Counted from the stretch's first letter, positions 10,705-20,274 are shown. The stretch is DNA of 64,000 bases from Planctomycetota bacterium (GCA_965223265.1 OZ244999.1:8800001-8864000); one strand, 5' to 3'. Notes: a model not told the origin generated them from the sequence alone. Translations and numbers: made by a program.

Positions 10705-10930
10705 AGCCCCCATTTCTCACCAGAATCCTACTGCGGTCCGTAAGTCGCGCTTTCGTCCTCCCTCCTCGGTCGGACTCAACTACGTCAGACTTCACGATTC
10801 GATCCTCAATGTGCAGGAGGCACCTTCGCCCTCCCGCCTTGGTCGGCCTCAGCGGTCGCATCGCAAAGTCTTCCTTGCCACGACACGACTTACGGCTCCT
10901 CGCTACGGATTCTGGTGAGAAATGCGGGCT
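10705..10930. repeat. ~45-bp imperfect inverted repeats enclosing ~140 bp (MITE-like or structured element)
   Basis: AGCCCCCATTTCTCACCAGAATCC...CCGTAAGTCG (10705-10747) is the near reverse complement of 10886-10930. Confidence 0.8.
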
Positions 10931-11063
10931 GGGTTTTTCGCTGGCGCCGACTCCCGGCCTCCAGCGGGCCGGCACGCCCTAGAAAAGAAAACGACTCTCG
11001 AGCGCGATTCGTTCCCGAACCGTGATCTGATATGATCGGCGCGTAGGAGAGAGAGGTGTAGTC

Positions 11064-14000
11064 ATGATGCAAAATGTGTTGCTGCGTCGCCATGGTGGCC
11101 TTGTTCTTCAAGAGCGTCGGGCGCGCTTGACGGACCCGGCGGGACGGCGGAGAGTCTTCCGTCACGTGGCTTTTTGTCTTCTATCGTGCTTTCTGGCGAG
11201 CGCTGCGACAACATACGCCGCCGACTGGCCGACGTTTCGCGGCGACATCGCGCGCAGCGGTGCCACCCCGGAGGCCGCGCCGAGGCAGCTCGAAACCCGC
11301 TGGGTCTACACGGCGCCAGCAGCCCCGAAGATCGCTTGGTCGGGTCCGGACGGTCGTACCATAGAAGGCAAGGAGCTCCGACACCGCGTCGACTTCGACG
11401 CCTCCCTCGGGGTTGTCGTTGCCGAGGGACGCGCCTTCGTGAGTTCATCTGTGGATCACCAAGTGCACGCGATCGACGTTTCAAGCGGCGAAGAGGCGTG
11501 GACCTTTTTCACCGGCGCCCCAGTGCGACTCGCCGCCACGGTGTGGCAGGGTCGCGTCTTCTTTGGTTCTGATGACGGTCATGCGTATGCGCTCGATGCA
11601 GCAAGCGGTCAGTTGATTTGGCAGGTTCGCGCCGGCCCGGAGGATGATTGGCTACTGGCGCGCGGGGAAATGATTTCACGTTGGCCAGTTCGTACGAGTG
11701 TGCTTGTCGACAAGGGTGTTGCCTACTTTGGCGCCGGGATTTTCCCCCACGAGAACATTCAGATCTACGCGGTGAGCGCCAGCAGCGGTGAGGTGATCTG
11801 GCGACGCGACGACATCAGTCAGTCGAACGCCGGCCGCAACGACCTCTCGCCCCAGGGCTACTTGCTCGCCACGCAAGATCTCCTCTTCGTGCCTTCGGGA
11901 CGTTCACTGCCGGCGGCGGTGACTCGAGCGACCGGAGAGCTGCTTCACAAACGCATCCACGGGTGGCGGCGCGACGCCGGCGGTGTGGTCGGCGGCGCGC
12001 GTGCTCTTCTCGTGGATGGTCAGCTCTTCGCCGCTGGCACCCATCACATGCTCGCCCTCGACCAAAATACGGGAGACGTCGGTCACGGCTGGTTCGCCGG
12101 ACGACAAATGGCGGTAGCTGGCGAAGCCGCTGCCGTCGCCACGGGCACGGAGATTCGTCGTCTGGATCGAAAGACTTATGCATTAGCCAGCCGCGAGCGA
12201 CACAAGCTTGAGGTCGAGATTTACGACGCGACGAGGAAGCTCCGCAGGCTCGAGGACGAGTCAGAGAAGAAGACACTGCGCGCTGCCATCGAGGAGAAGA
12301 AAAGCGCCCTCAAGAAGATTGAGAACGAAGGTATCGTCTGGAGGGTCCCGTCCGAGCTTCAATCCGACGTGATCATCGCGGGTGACGTGGTTGTCGCCGG
12401 TGGCCAGGAAAAGGTGACGCTGCATGACATGGCGAGCGGCAGAGAGATCGCGCAGGTCGCGGTCGACGGGGATGCCCGCGCTCTCGCGGTTGCCAACGGC
12501 TGCCTCTTCGTGACGACCACCCGTGGAAAAGTCTACTGTTTCGCAGCGAACCCAGAACAGGCCGAACGTGTCGCCGATTCCCGCGGCGCGCCCACCGCGA
12601 CGCGACAACCGTTTGCGCAAGACGAGTGGACGGAAACCTACCGCCATGCAGCGACGGAGATTCTTGAGCAGAGTGGCGTCCAGCGCGGGTTTTGCCTCGT
12701 CGTCGACAGCGACACCGGACGACTAGCGTATGAGCTGGCGCGTCAGAGCGACCTGAAGATCTACGCCGTCCATCGTGATCCACAGAAAGTTGCGACGGCG
12801 CGACAAGCGCTCGCTGAAGTCGGTCTCTACGGACACCGCGTCACGTTTCACGTCGCCGAGTCGTCACGTCTTTCCTACTCGAACTACTTCGCCAACCTGA
12901 TCGTCTCTGAACGTTTCCTAACGACTCGCCGGCCGCCGGCGTCCCACGAAGATCTGATGCGTCACCTCAAACCGTGCGGCGGCGTGCTCTTCCTTGGCCA
13001 ACCGACTGTGGCCGGCTCCGCAGCCTCACCACCGCCATCGCTTCGCGACTGGGTGGCACGAGTTCAGCTGGAGGGGGAGGCTGTCGTCAGCGAGTCCGGA
13101 CCCTGGATGTCGCTCGTCCGCGGCCCACTGCCGGGAGCGGGAGACTGGTCGCATCAGTACGGTGAGCCAGGCAACACGGCGTGTAGTAACGACCAGCGCA
13201 TCAAAGGTGGGCTGGGTGTGCTCTGGTACGGCGACCCTGGGCCGGGGAAGATGGTCAATCGTCATGAGGGAGCCGTCGGTCCGGTCGTGGTCTATGGGCG
13301 ATTGTTCGTCCAAGGAGAGAACAGTATCCTCGCGTACGACGCGTACAACGGCGTCTTTCTATGGGAGCACAAGAATCCGCTTTCTCTGCGCACCGGTGTC
13401 TTCAAAAACGAGAATCCGTCCAATCTCGTTGCGGGCGACGACAGCGTCTTCTACATGGTTGGCGCCAAGTGTGTCGAGCTCGAGGCGGCGACCGGCAGCG
13501 TCAAAGCTGAGTACGGGTTGCCGCTCGCGAAGAGTTCCGGCGAGTACGAGTGGGGCTATCTGGCTTACAACTCTGGACGCATTTTCGGCAGTGCGACGAT
13601 TCGGAAGCGTCTCGAAGAGAAGTTGATTCGCCGCGGTAAACAGACGGACGAATTCACTGACGCGGTCTTCGCGATTGACGTACGTAGTGGGGAACATCTG
13701 TGGACCTACGAAGGGCAAAGCGTCGAGGCGCAGACGATTGCGATCGATGCGCGCCGAGTGTTTTTCGTCGACAGCACCGTCACAAGCGAAGAGCGCGAAG
13801 CGATCTTGCGCCGGGATAAGAGCGAGCTCGTCGGCCTCGAAGGAGAGGAGCGCGAGCTCGCCGAGAAGCGACTCAAGGAGATGGATGTCCGGCGCGTCGT
13901 GTGCTTGGACGCGAAGACCGGTGAGAAGCGTTGGTCGCGAGCGGTCGACGTCACCGACTGTAGCGAAATTGGAATTGGCGGCGGGAAGCTCACCGTAATG

Positions 14001-15113
14001 GTCCACGACGGAACGATTCTTCTCTGCGGGGCGAACGCCAACGGGCACTACTGGAAGCAGTTCTTGGCAGGCGAGTTTTCTCGCCGTCGCCTGGTCGCGC
14101 TCTCGGCAGCCGACGGGTATCAGCTCTGGGCCAAGGATGCGAACTACCGTCATCGCCCGATCATCGTCGGCAACCGCGTCCTCGCCGAGCCGTGGGCGTT
14201 TCGGCTCGACAGTGGTCAGGAGATTCAGCGTGACCATCCACTGACAGGCGCCAAGGCTCCATGGAGCATGATTCGCCCGGGTCACCACTGCGGCATGATC
14301 TCCGCGTCGAGCAACATGCTCCTGTTTCGGTCTGGCTACACGGGATTCTACGATCTGGAAACCGACGATGGGACGCGCCACTTTGCCGGCCATCGACTGG
14401 GGTGCTGGATCAATGCGATTCCTGCAGCTGGTCTTGTGTTGATTCCTGAAGCGAGCGCTGGCTGCGTGTGCCTTTTTTCGATCGCTTCGACGGTCGCTCT
14501 GCAGCCGCGTCAAGCCCGAAGGCCATGGACGATCGTCAGCGCGGTCGGTCCTGTGCAGCCGGTGAAACATATGGCGCTCAATCTCGGCGCGCCCGGCGAT
14601 CGCCGCGACGTCAACGGGAATCTCTGGCTTGCCTATCCGCGTCCCGCACTACGTCGGGAAACCGGACTCGACTTGGCGTTCGAGGTGAAGACGGAGTTTG
14701 CCGAAGGCGGCGGCTTCTCGGATTCCGAAGCTGCCCCGAAGGATATGGCCACGCCGGAGCCGGCATGGCTCTATCAGTCCGGTGCGCGTGGACTGCAGAG
14801 CTGCGTCTTGCCCCTGATCGGCGCAGCCGATGAGACAGCCGCTGTCTATTCGATCACCCTTCACCTCGTGACAACGGCGGAAGCGAGCGCGAAGAAGTCG
14901 CCGGAGTATTCGGTTCGTGTCCAGGGGGTGACCGTTCCACTCGACGGCGTGCAGGCGGCGCAGGATTCCGAGGGCTCTCGTGTGTTGGTGCACTCCGTTG
15001 ACGGTGTCGACGTCGAGCACGACCTAACCGTCGAGTTGGTCGCGGATTCTTCGAGTGCGAACGTCCCCGTGCTCTGTGGCGTCGAGGTGAGGAGGACATC
15101 AGGCGACGAATAG
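11064..15113 (+). CDS. Large PQQ-binding-like beta-propeller repeat protein with central SAM-methyltransferase-like region
   Basis: DWPTFRGD after signal peptide, repeated DAxSGxxxW blades, second module WSHQYGEPGNT, C-terminal Cys motifs. True start may be slightly downstream. Confidence 0.85.
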   Translation: MMQNVLLRRHGGLVLQERRARLTDPAGRRRVFRHVAFCLLSCFLASAATTYAADWPTFRGDIARSGATPEAAPRQLETRWVYTAPAAPKIAWSGPDGRTIEGKELRHRVDFDASLGVVVAEGRAFVSSSVDHQVHAIDVSSGEEAWTFFTGAPVRLAATVWQGRVFFGSDDGHAYALDAASGQLIWQVRAGPEDDWLLARGEMISRWPVRTSVLVDKGVAYFGAGIFPHENIQIYAVSASSGEVIWRRDDISQSNAGRNDLSPQGYLLATQDLLFVPSGRSLPAAVTRATGELLHKRIHGWRRDAGGVVGGARALLVDGQLFAAGTHHMLALDQNTGDVGHGWFAGRQMAVAGEAAAVATGTEIRRLDRKTYALASRERHKLEVEIYDATRKLRRLEDESEKKTLRAAIEEKKSALKKIENEGIVWRVPSELQSDVIIAGDVVVAGGQEKVTLHDMASGREIAQVAVDGDARALAVANGCLFVTTTRGKVYCFAANPEQAERVADSRGAPTATRQPFAQDEWTETYRHAATEILEQSGVQRGFCLVVDSDTGRLAYELARQSDLKIYAVHRDPQKVATARQALAEVGLYGHRVTFHVAESSRLSYSNYFANLIVSERFLTTRRPPASHEDLMRHLKPCGGVLFLGQPTVAGSAASPPPSLRDWVARVQLEGEAVVSESGPWMSLVRGPLPGAGDWSHQYGEPGNTACSNDQRIKGGLGVLWYGDPGPGKMVNRHEGAVGPVVVYGRLFVQGENSILAYDAYNGVFLWEHKNPLSLRTGVFKNENPSNLVAGDDSVFYMVGAKCVELEAATGSVKAEYGLPLAKSSGEYEWGYLAYNSGRIFGSATIRKRLEEKLIRRGKQTDEFTDAVFAIDVRSGEHLWTYEGQSVEAQTIAIDARRVFFVDSTVTSEEREAILRRDKSELVGLEGEERELAEKRLKEMDVRRVVCLDAKTGEKRWSRAVDVTDCSEIGIGGGKLTVMVHDGTILLCGANANGHYWKQFLAGEFSRRRLVALSAADGYQLWAKDANYRHRPIIVGNRVLAEPWAFRLDSGQEIQRDHPLTGAKAPWSMIRPGHHCGMISASSNMLLFRSGYTGFYDLETDDGTRHFAGHRLGCWINAIPAAGLVLIPEASAGCVCLFSIASTVALQPRQARRPWTIVSAVGPVQPVKHMALNLGAPGDRRDVNGNLWLAYPRPALRRETGLDLAFEVKTEFAEGGGFSDSEAAPKDMATPEPAWLYQSGARGLQSCVLPLIGAADETAAVYSITLHLVTTAEASAKKSPEYSVRVQGVTVPLDGVQAAQDSEGSRVLVHSVDGVDVEHDLTVELVADSSSANVPVLCGVEVRRTSGDE

Positions 15114-15140
15114 CCGATCCCAGCACCGCAAGGCAGAAAC

Positions 15141-16142
15141 CTACGGTGTCTCCCACTGGCCCCTCTCACTAGAGAGAAAGAGGGCGTCGATGACCTTCAT
15201 GTTGGCGATCGCGTCTTCGAGCGGAATAGGAACGTCGGTGTCGTCGAGAATCGCCTGCGAGAAGCGGTCACCTTGGACGGTGTACTGGTCGCACATCTCG
15301 AATATCTGCGTCTCGATCTTTGTGCCGAGAATGTCGCCGTCGTCAATGAAGATTCGGCACGGCCGATCGAATGGCGCGTTGAACGGAATCTCGATCTCAA
15401 TCCTGCCCTTCGTGCCAACGAAGTGCATGCGCTGGTACGGAGCGAGCTGTGTGCTGCACATGAACGTCGCTTGCCCGCTCGGAAAATCGAGAATCGCCGA
15501 ACTCAGACGATCGGTGTGCATGTTCGGGTCGCGCTCGAGCAGGCTGACGACGCGCGTCGGCTCCTCCCCGAAGACAAGACGCGACGTCGTGATGGGATAG
15601 CAGCCGATGTCCATGAGTCCGCCGCCACCGTACTCCAGAATGTTTCGAATGTTTTTCGGGTCGACGTTGTAGTAGCTGAAAAAACCTTGGACGGCGCGGA
15701 GGTCGCCGATGCGCCCCGAGCGGACGCGTTCAACCGTTCCCAACCATTGCGGATGAGTCTTCACCATGAAGGCTTCCTGCATCTTGACGCCCGTTCGATC
15801 CCTGACGGCGATCAGTTGCTTGGCCTCATCGCTCGTGAGGGCGATTGGTTTCTCGCAGAGGACGTGTTTGCCCGCTTCAGCGGCTTTCGTCGACCACTCG
15901 ACGTGCATGTGATTGGGTAGCGGGTTGTAGATGGCCTCCACGTGTGGATCGGCGAAGAGTTCGTCGTACGATCCGTAGGCTTTGGGGATGCCGAGGTCGT
16001 CTGCGACGGCCTGAGCTCGGGAGAGGTCGCGCGATGCGATCGCAACGACCTCCGTCAATTCTCCCTCCTGCATGGCAGGGATGACTTTCTCTGTGCCGAT
16101 CTTGGCGACACTGATAATTCCCCATCGGACCTTACGGCTCAT
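15141..16142 (-). CDS. Gfo/Idh/MocA family oxidoreductase
   Basis: KVRWGII, GKHVLCEKP, GGGGLMDIGCY. Confidence 0.92.
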   Translation of the reverse strand: MSRKVRWGIISVAKIGTEKVIPAMQEGELTEVVAIASRDLSRAQAVADDLGIPKAYGSYDELFADPHVEAIYNPLPNHMHVEWSTKAAEAGKHVLCEKPIALTSDEAKQLIAVRDRTGVKMQEAFMVKTHPQWLGTVERVRSGRIGDLRAVQGFFSYYNVDPKNIRNILEYGGGGLMDIGCYPITTSRLVFGEEPTRVVSLLERDPNMHTDRLSSAILDFPSGQATFMCSTQLAPYQRMHFVGTKGRIEIEIPFNAPFDRPCRIFIDDGDILGTKIETQIFEMCDQYTVQGDRFSQAILDDTDVPIPLEDAIANMKVIDALFLSSERGQWETP

Positions 16143-16194
16143 TCCGATCACCCTCTCAATCGTTTGACGCTGGACTCTGTCCGAACTGATGAAG

Positions 16195-16632
16195 CTACTC
16201 GCCAGCGAGCGCTTCCACTGTTGCTGTCACGGTGACCAAACCATGGAGCGCCTTGGAGATCGGACACAGCGTTTCTGCTTTCTCAATCGCGCGCTGCGCC
16301 CGCTCGATCTGGCTTGGTTCCCGTACCACGATGCGGGGCGAAATCTCAACTCCCGTCACCGCGAAACCCCCCGTTTCCTTTGTCATGGTGCATGTTGCGC
16401 TCGACTCGTAGGAGGCAATGTCGATTTTTGACGCCTGCGCTACGATGAGGAACGTCGCTTGAACGCACGTTGAGGTCGCCGCCGCGAGCAGGTGCTCGGG
16501 GGTCCACTCGCCGCCGGACCCACCGAACTCGCGCGGCACGCCGAACGGTACGGCGGCGCTGACACCGTCAGCCGTCAACTCGCCGCTCAAGCCGCCGGTG
16601 GAGGTGTTCTGCACCGTGAATGTGTGGGCCAT
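16195..16632 (-). CDS. OsmC/Ohr family protein
   Basis: FGGSGGEWTPEHLLAAA..TC and CPISKAL. GGAGGAG RBS. Confidence 0.88.
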   Translation of the reverse strand: MAHTFTVQNTSTGGLSGELTADGVSAAVPFGVPREFGGSGGEWTPEHLLAAATSTCVQATFLIVAQASKIDIASYESSATCTMTKETGGFAVTGVEISPRIVVREPSQIERAQRAIEKAETLCPISKALHGLVTVTATVEALAGE

Positions 16633-17136
16633 CTGGTCTCCTCCGCTGTTTGTCGTGGCGCGCGCCGCAGGTTCGGTTGGCGATCGTTGCGAACGTGCGC
16701 GCGATTCTATATCGCGTTGGGATCAATTCAGTGGGAGTTAGGGTATCAGAATGCGTGTGCGGATGCCGCCGTCTTGCAGAGAGCCGCCGCACTCGCGAAG
16801 AGCGTTCGTCATCGACAGCGAACCGCTTTCTGCCGTTTTGTGGCGAGTTCGGCGAGCAGACGGACTTGGCGTGGAAGTAGACGACGGTCGAGTCGGGACA
16901 GGGGAGACGCGCACACGGAGCCGAGGCCGAGAACGGGTACGGAGCGAACGACGAGCGTCGGCACGGAATGTTTCTTGAGCGCGCGCGGTTCAAAAACTGG
17001 CAAGTCGGTTCCGAATCGCGCGCCCTTCGTGATACCCTACACCTCATACACCCGAGCGGCGTGCCACCTGATATGAACGCCATTTTTTCGGGTCGAAGAT
17101 GAGATCTTCAATCAATCTCAGGGAGGTCGACGCATC

Positions 17137-17886
17137 TTGAAGTCTTTAGCAGTCGAAATCGTGCTGGTCCTAGGGCTCGCGGCGGTGGCCGGAGTGGTCG
17201 CGAACCTATCGCGTGGGAAGGAATCGGAGAACTACTTGCCTTGGACGACCGACATCTACTCGACTTCCGCGCGCGCGCCGGAAACTGCTTCCGGCAAGTC
17301 TCCTGCAGCGACGACGAAGACGTCGGGTGGCGGTACTGGGCCGTCTACGCCCGACGGCGGCTCAACCTTGGCCTCGACACCAAAGAGTCCGAATCCACCG
17401 GTCCTGGGCGCTGGCGGCGTTCCCGACGAGTCGAGTGTGCCACAAAGTTCTGGCGATTCGACGATCAGCGACGGTGCGCCAGCGGACGGTGCGCCAGCGG
17501 AGGATGGCGAGTTTCGCCGCATCGAGCTGGCAGAGGCAAAACAGGCGTTTGAAGACTTCGCAACATTTGTCGACGCGCGCCGCACGAAGGAGTACGTCAA
17601 GGGACACATCACAGGGGCCTACTCCATGTCGCCGTATGAGCAAGGCACTCTCGCTGACAAGGTCGTGCAGCTCCAGGAGGAAGTGCCAGAAGAATCGCAG
17701 ATCGTCGTCTACTGCACAGCGAGCGCCGACTGTGAGGACTCCCTTTTGATCGCACGTCAACTCGCCGGTGCCGGGTTTGTGTCTGTCGAGATCTATAAGG
17801 GCGGTTTCCCAGAGTGGAACGCGAAGATCACCGAAGGGCGAGAAGTCTACATCACCGTTGGCGAGGAGCGCGGCGAACGGCCATGA
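17137..17886 (+). CDS. Membrane-anchored rhodanese-domain protein
   Basis: N-terminal TM, Pro/Ser/Gly linker, FVDAR..EYVKGHITGA, VVYC...C, YKGGFPEW. Confidence 0.85.
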   Translation: MKSLAVEIVLVLGLAAVAGVVANLSRGKESENYLPWTTDIYSTSARAPETASGKSPAATTKTSGGGTGPSTPDGGSTLASTPKSPNPPVLGAGGVPDESSVPQSSGDSTISDGAPADGAPAEDGEFRRIELAEAKQAFEDFATFVDARRTKEYVKGHITGAYSMSPYEQGTLADKVVQLQEEVPEESQIVVYCTASADCEDSLLIARQLAGAGFVSVEIYKGGFPEWNAKITEGREVYITVGEERGERP

Positions 17887-18371
17887 ACTTTCTGAAGAAC
17901 AAATGGTTGACGCGTATCTGCGCTTGGGTGCTTGGGGGGTTCTTCCTCTATGCCTGCTGGCACAAGATTTTCGATCCGCCAGACTTCGCCAAAAGCGTCA
18001 ACAACTACAAGATCCTTCCCAGCGAGCTCGTCAACCTCGCGGCGATTGTGTTGCCGTGGCTGGAGCTTTTCTGTGGCCTGGCGCTCCTAACCGGGCTCGG
18101 ACGACGTGGAGCGGCGCTGATTTCGGGAGCTCTGTTGACTCTGTTCATCGTCGCGTTGTGCTACAACTTGGCGCGCGGCGTCCCGACGATCTGTGGCTGT
18201 ACACTGAGTTACGAAGAGTCTCTGAAATTCACGGACGAAGAGAAGTTTCGCCAGATGAAGATCGTGATCGCGCGCGACATTGGATTGTTGCTGCTCGCCG
18301 TGCAGGTCTTCTTCGCGACGTGCTGCAGCTGCTGCACTCCGGATCAAGAACGGACGCCTGCAGCGTCCTAA
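17883..18371 (+). CDS. MauE/DoxX family membrane protein
   Basis: KIFDPPDF, LPWLEL, CGC, ARD motifs. ATGA overlap with the rhodanese gene. Confidence 0.85.
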   Translation: MNFLKNKWLTRICAWVLGGFFLYACWHKIFDPPDFAKSVNNYKILPSELVNLAAIVLPWLELFCGLALLTGLGRRGAALISGALLTLFIVALCYNLARGVPTICGCTLSYEESLKFTDEEKFRQMKIVIARDIGLLLLAVQVFFATCCSCCTPDQERTPAAS

Positions 18372-19525
18372 TTCTGAAAACCGTTTTGCGGGCGCGGCGC
18401 CGAACAGCGCAGCACGGTGTAACCACGTTTCCCACGCCATGTGCGCTCAGCGAAGTGTCGTTCACAGATGGCCTGGGCTTTCTCTGTCGCCTTGGTGACA
18501 CACCAGTAGGCGCCACCGGGTGCCAAGACGTGTGCTGACTCGCGGCAGAAGTGTTCGAAGATACGAAAATCTCCGAAGTACGGCGGATTGGCGAGGACGA
18601 CGTCGACGCTCCTCGGCTTCAGCGAACCGAGATCGTAGGCGAGGAGCGGTAAGACGTTGTCGCACGCACAGCTTTTGGCGTTGACTGCGGCCTGCTCAAC
18701 GGCGCGGACGTTCGAGTCTACGAGGATCGCGTGACCCGCGCTGGCGACACGGGCTGCGGCGATGCCGAGAGCTCCTGGACCGCAGCCAAGCTCTACGACC
18801 CGCGAGTCGGTTTCGATCGCCGCGAAGTCCGCAAGCGTGCGAGCGCCGTCGTCCAACCGGCCGTGGGCGAAGACGCCGGGCCGGGTGACGTAATCGATCG
18901 CATGACCGAAAAGCTGCGCAGCGATCCGACGGGTGAAGTCGCGGCGTCGCAGCTGACGGTCGCGCTGTCGACGCGCCACGTAGACGACGCCGCCCCGAGA
19001 TCGGTCGTGGATCGTCGCGTCGCCAAAAATGTCGACGACGCGCTCGCGCAGCCAACGGTCTGACCGGTTGTCTGTAGCGGTCAGTAGCTTGCCTCGTGGC
19101 CGGAGGGCCTCAAAACACTGCCGCAGTAGCTCTCCGGTCAATCGTGCGTCAGCAGTGTGCGGCGCCGCAAAGACAACCCAGTCGAATGCTCCTCGCGGCA
19201 AATCCGACGCGAGATGCGGCGTGACTGCAGCGATATGATTGATCCGGAGGCTCTCGCAGCCGCGGTGGAACTCGTACGCGTCCATGTCGAACGAGTGGAC
19301 GTTCGCACTTGGAAAAAGGAGTCGGACGGCCATGGCGCCGACGCTTTCCGGACTGAGAACGACGAGAATATCTCCTGCCATGGGTTGATCCAGCGCCGCC
19401 AGCAAAACCCGCTGGGCGCGTTGAAGCCCGCGCGCTGAATGGATCTCGATGCGGCCACCGAGGAGAGTCTCACGCCGCCGTGCTTTCGATGGGTTGCCCA
19501 GTGTGACGACGTGTTTCTCAGTCAC
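18368..19525 (-). CDS. RsmC/RlmG-like class I SAM methyltransferase
   Basis: PGVFAHGRLDDG, ELGCGPG, NPPY. Start approximate. Confidence 0.8.
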   Translation of the reverse strand: MTEKHVVTLGNPSKARRRETLLGGRIEIHSARGLQRAQRVLLAALDQPMAGDILVVLSPESVGAMAVRLLFPSANVHSFDMDAYEFHRGCESLRINHIAAVTPHLASDLPRGAFDWVVFAAPHTADARLTGELLRQCFEALRPRGKLLTATDNRSDRWLRERVVDIFGDATIHDRSRGGVVYVARRQRDRQLRRRDFTRRIAAQLFGHAIDYVTRPGVFAHGRLDDGARTLADFAAIETDSRVVELGCGPGALGIAAARVASAGHAILVDSNVRAVEQAAVNAKSCACDNVLPLLAYDLGSLKPRSVDVVLANPPYFGDFRIFEHFCRESAHVLAPGGAYWCVTKATEKAQAICERHFAERTWRGKRGYTVLRCSAPRPQNGFQN

Positions 19526-19730
19526 GATTCTTCTATGTTGAGGCTGGGGGCCGATGGACGCTGGTTGGGATCCTGCCGCGATGGCGCTCGCACGCCTTGG
19601 TTGTACATGAACCGCTGACGGCAGGATGGTGGCAAGACCCGACAAGCCGTGAACGCCTTAGTGTTGTTCACGACAGTTGGTACATCAACGCACTCGTGAC
19701 CGGAAAGTGAGGCCATGCCTACGAACTCAA

Positions 19731-19761
19731 GGCGCGGCGGGTCTGAGGGGAGGCAGAGGCG
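19731..19761 (+). other. Conserved leader motif preceding microsatellite (copy 1 of 3)
   Basis: GGCGCGGCGGGTCTGAGGGGAGGCAGAGGCG. Near-identical at 20630 and 34692. Confidence 0.8.
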
Positions 19762-20018
19762 GAGACAGAGACAGAGACAGAGACAGAGACAGAGACAGAG
19801 ACAGAGACAGAGACAGAGACAGAGACAGAGACAGAGACAGAGACAGAGACAGAGACAGAGACAGAGACAGAGACAGAGACAGAGACAGAGACAGAGACAG
19901 AGACAGAGACAGAGACAGAGACAGAGACAGAGACAGAGACAGAGACAGAGACAGAGACAGAGACAGAGACAGAGACAGAGACAGAGACAGAGACAGAGAC
20001 AGAGACAGAGACAGAGAC
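19762..20018 (+). repeat. Perfect hexanucleotide microsatellite (GAGACA)x42 plus GAGAC
   Basis: Read directly. Followed by (GCCCAC)x3 at 20024-20041. Confidence 0.97.
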
Positions 20019-20064
20019 GGGCCGCCCACGCCCACGCCCACGCACAGCGGTGCGGCGGCGATCG

Positions 20065-20243
20065 CGCCGACGGCAGAGAAGAACTCTGCTGCTCTGGGCG
20101 ATCATGCGGCGGCGGTTTTGTCGATCTTAACCGAAGCCGAGCCGGCCTCAAGGGTGCCCTCGCTGCGCTCGGCGCTTCGCGCCCTTGACCCCGTCTCTGC
20201 TTCGGTTGGCGGCAGTGAAACGCCGCCGCGTCGGGCGTCGGCG
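20065..20243 (+). other. Conserved multi-stem structured element upstream of four-helix-bundle gene (core 20148-20188)
   Basis: Core TCAAGGG-TGCCCTCGCTGCGCTCGGCGCTTCGCG-CCCTTGA inside nested IRs (AACCGAAGC/GCTTCGGTT, CGCCGACG/CGTCGGCG). Confidence 0.75.
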
Positions 20244-20274
20244 ACAGGTCACTGGGCCGTTACCGGAGGCACAC

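Noticed and set aside
13359-14570. 403-aa minus-strand ORF and similar long antisense ORFs
   Set aside because: Expected shadows in high-GC coding DNA, with no recognisable motifs.
16999-17013. Sigma54-like TGGCAA-N5-TTCC upstream of the rhodanese gene
   Set aside because: Lacks the conserved -12 GC.
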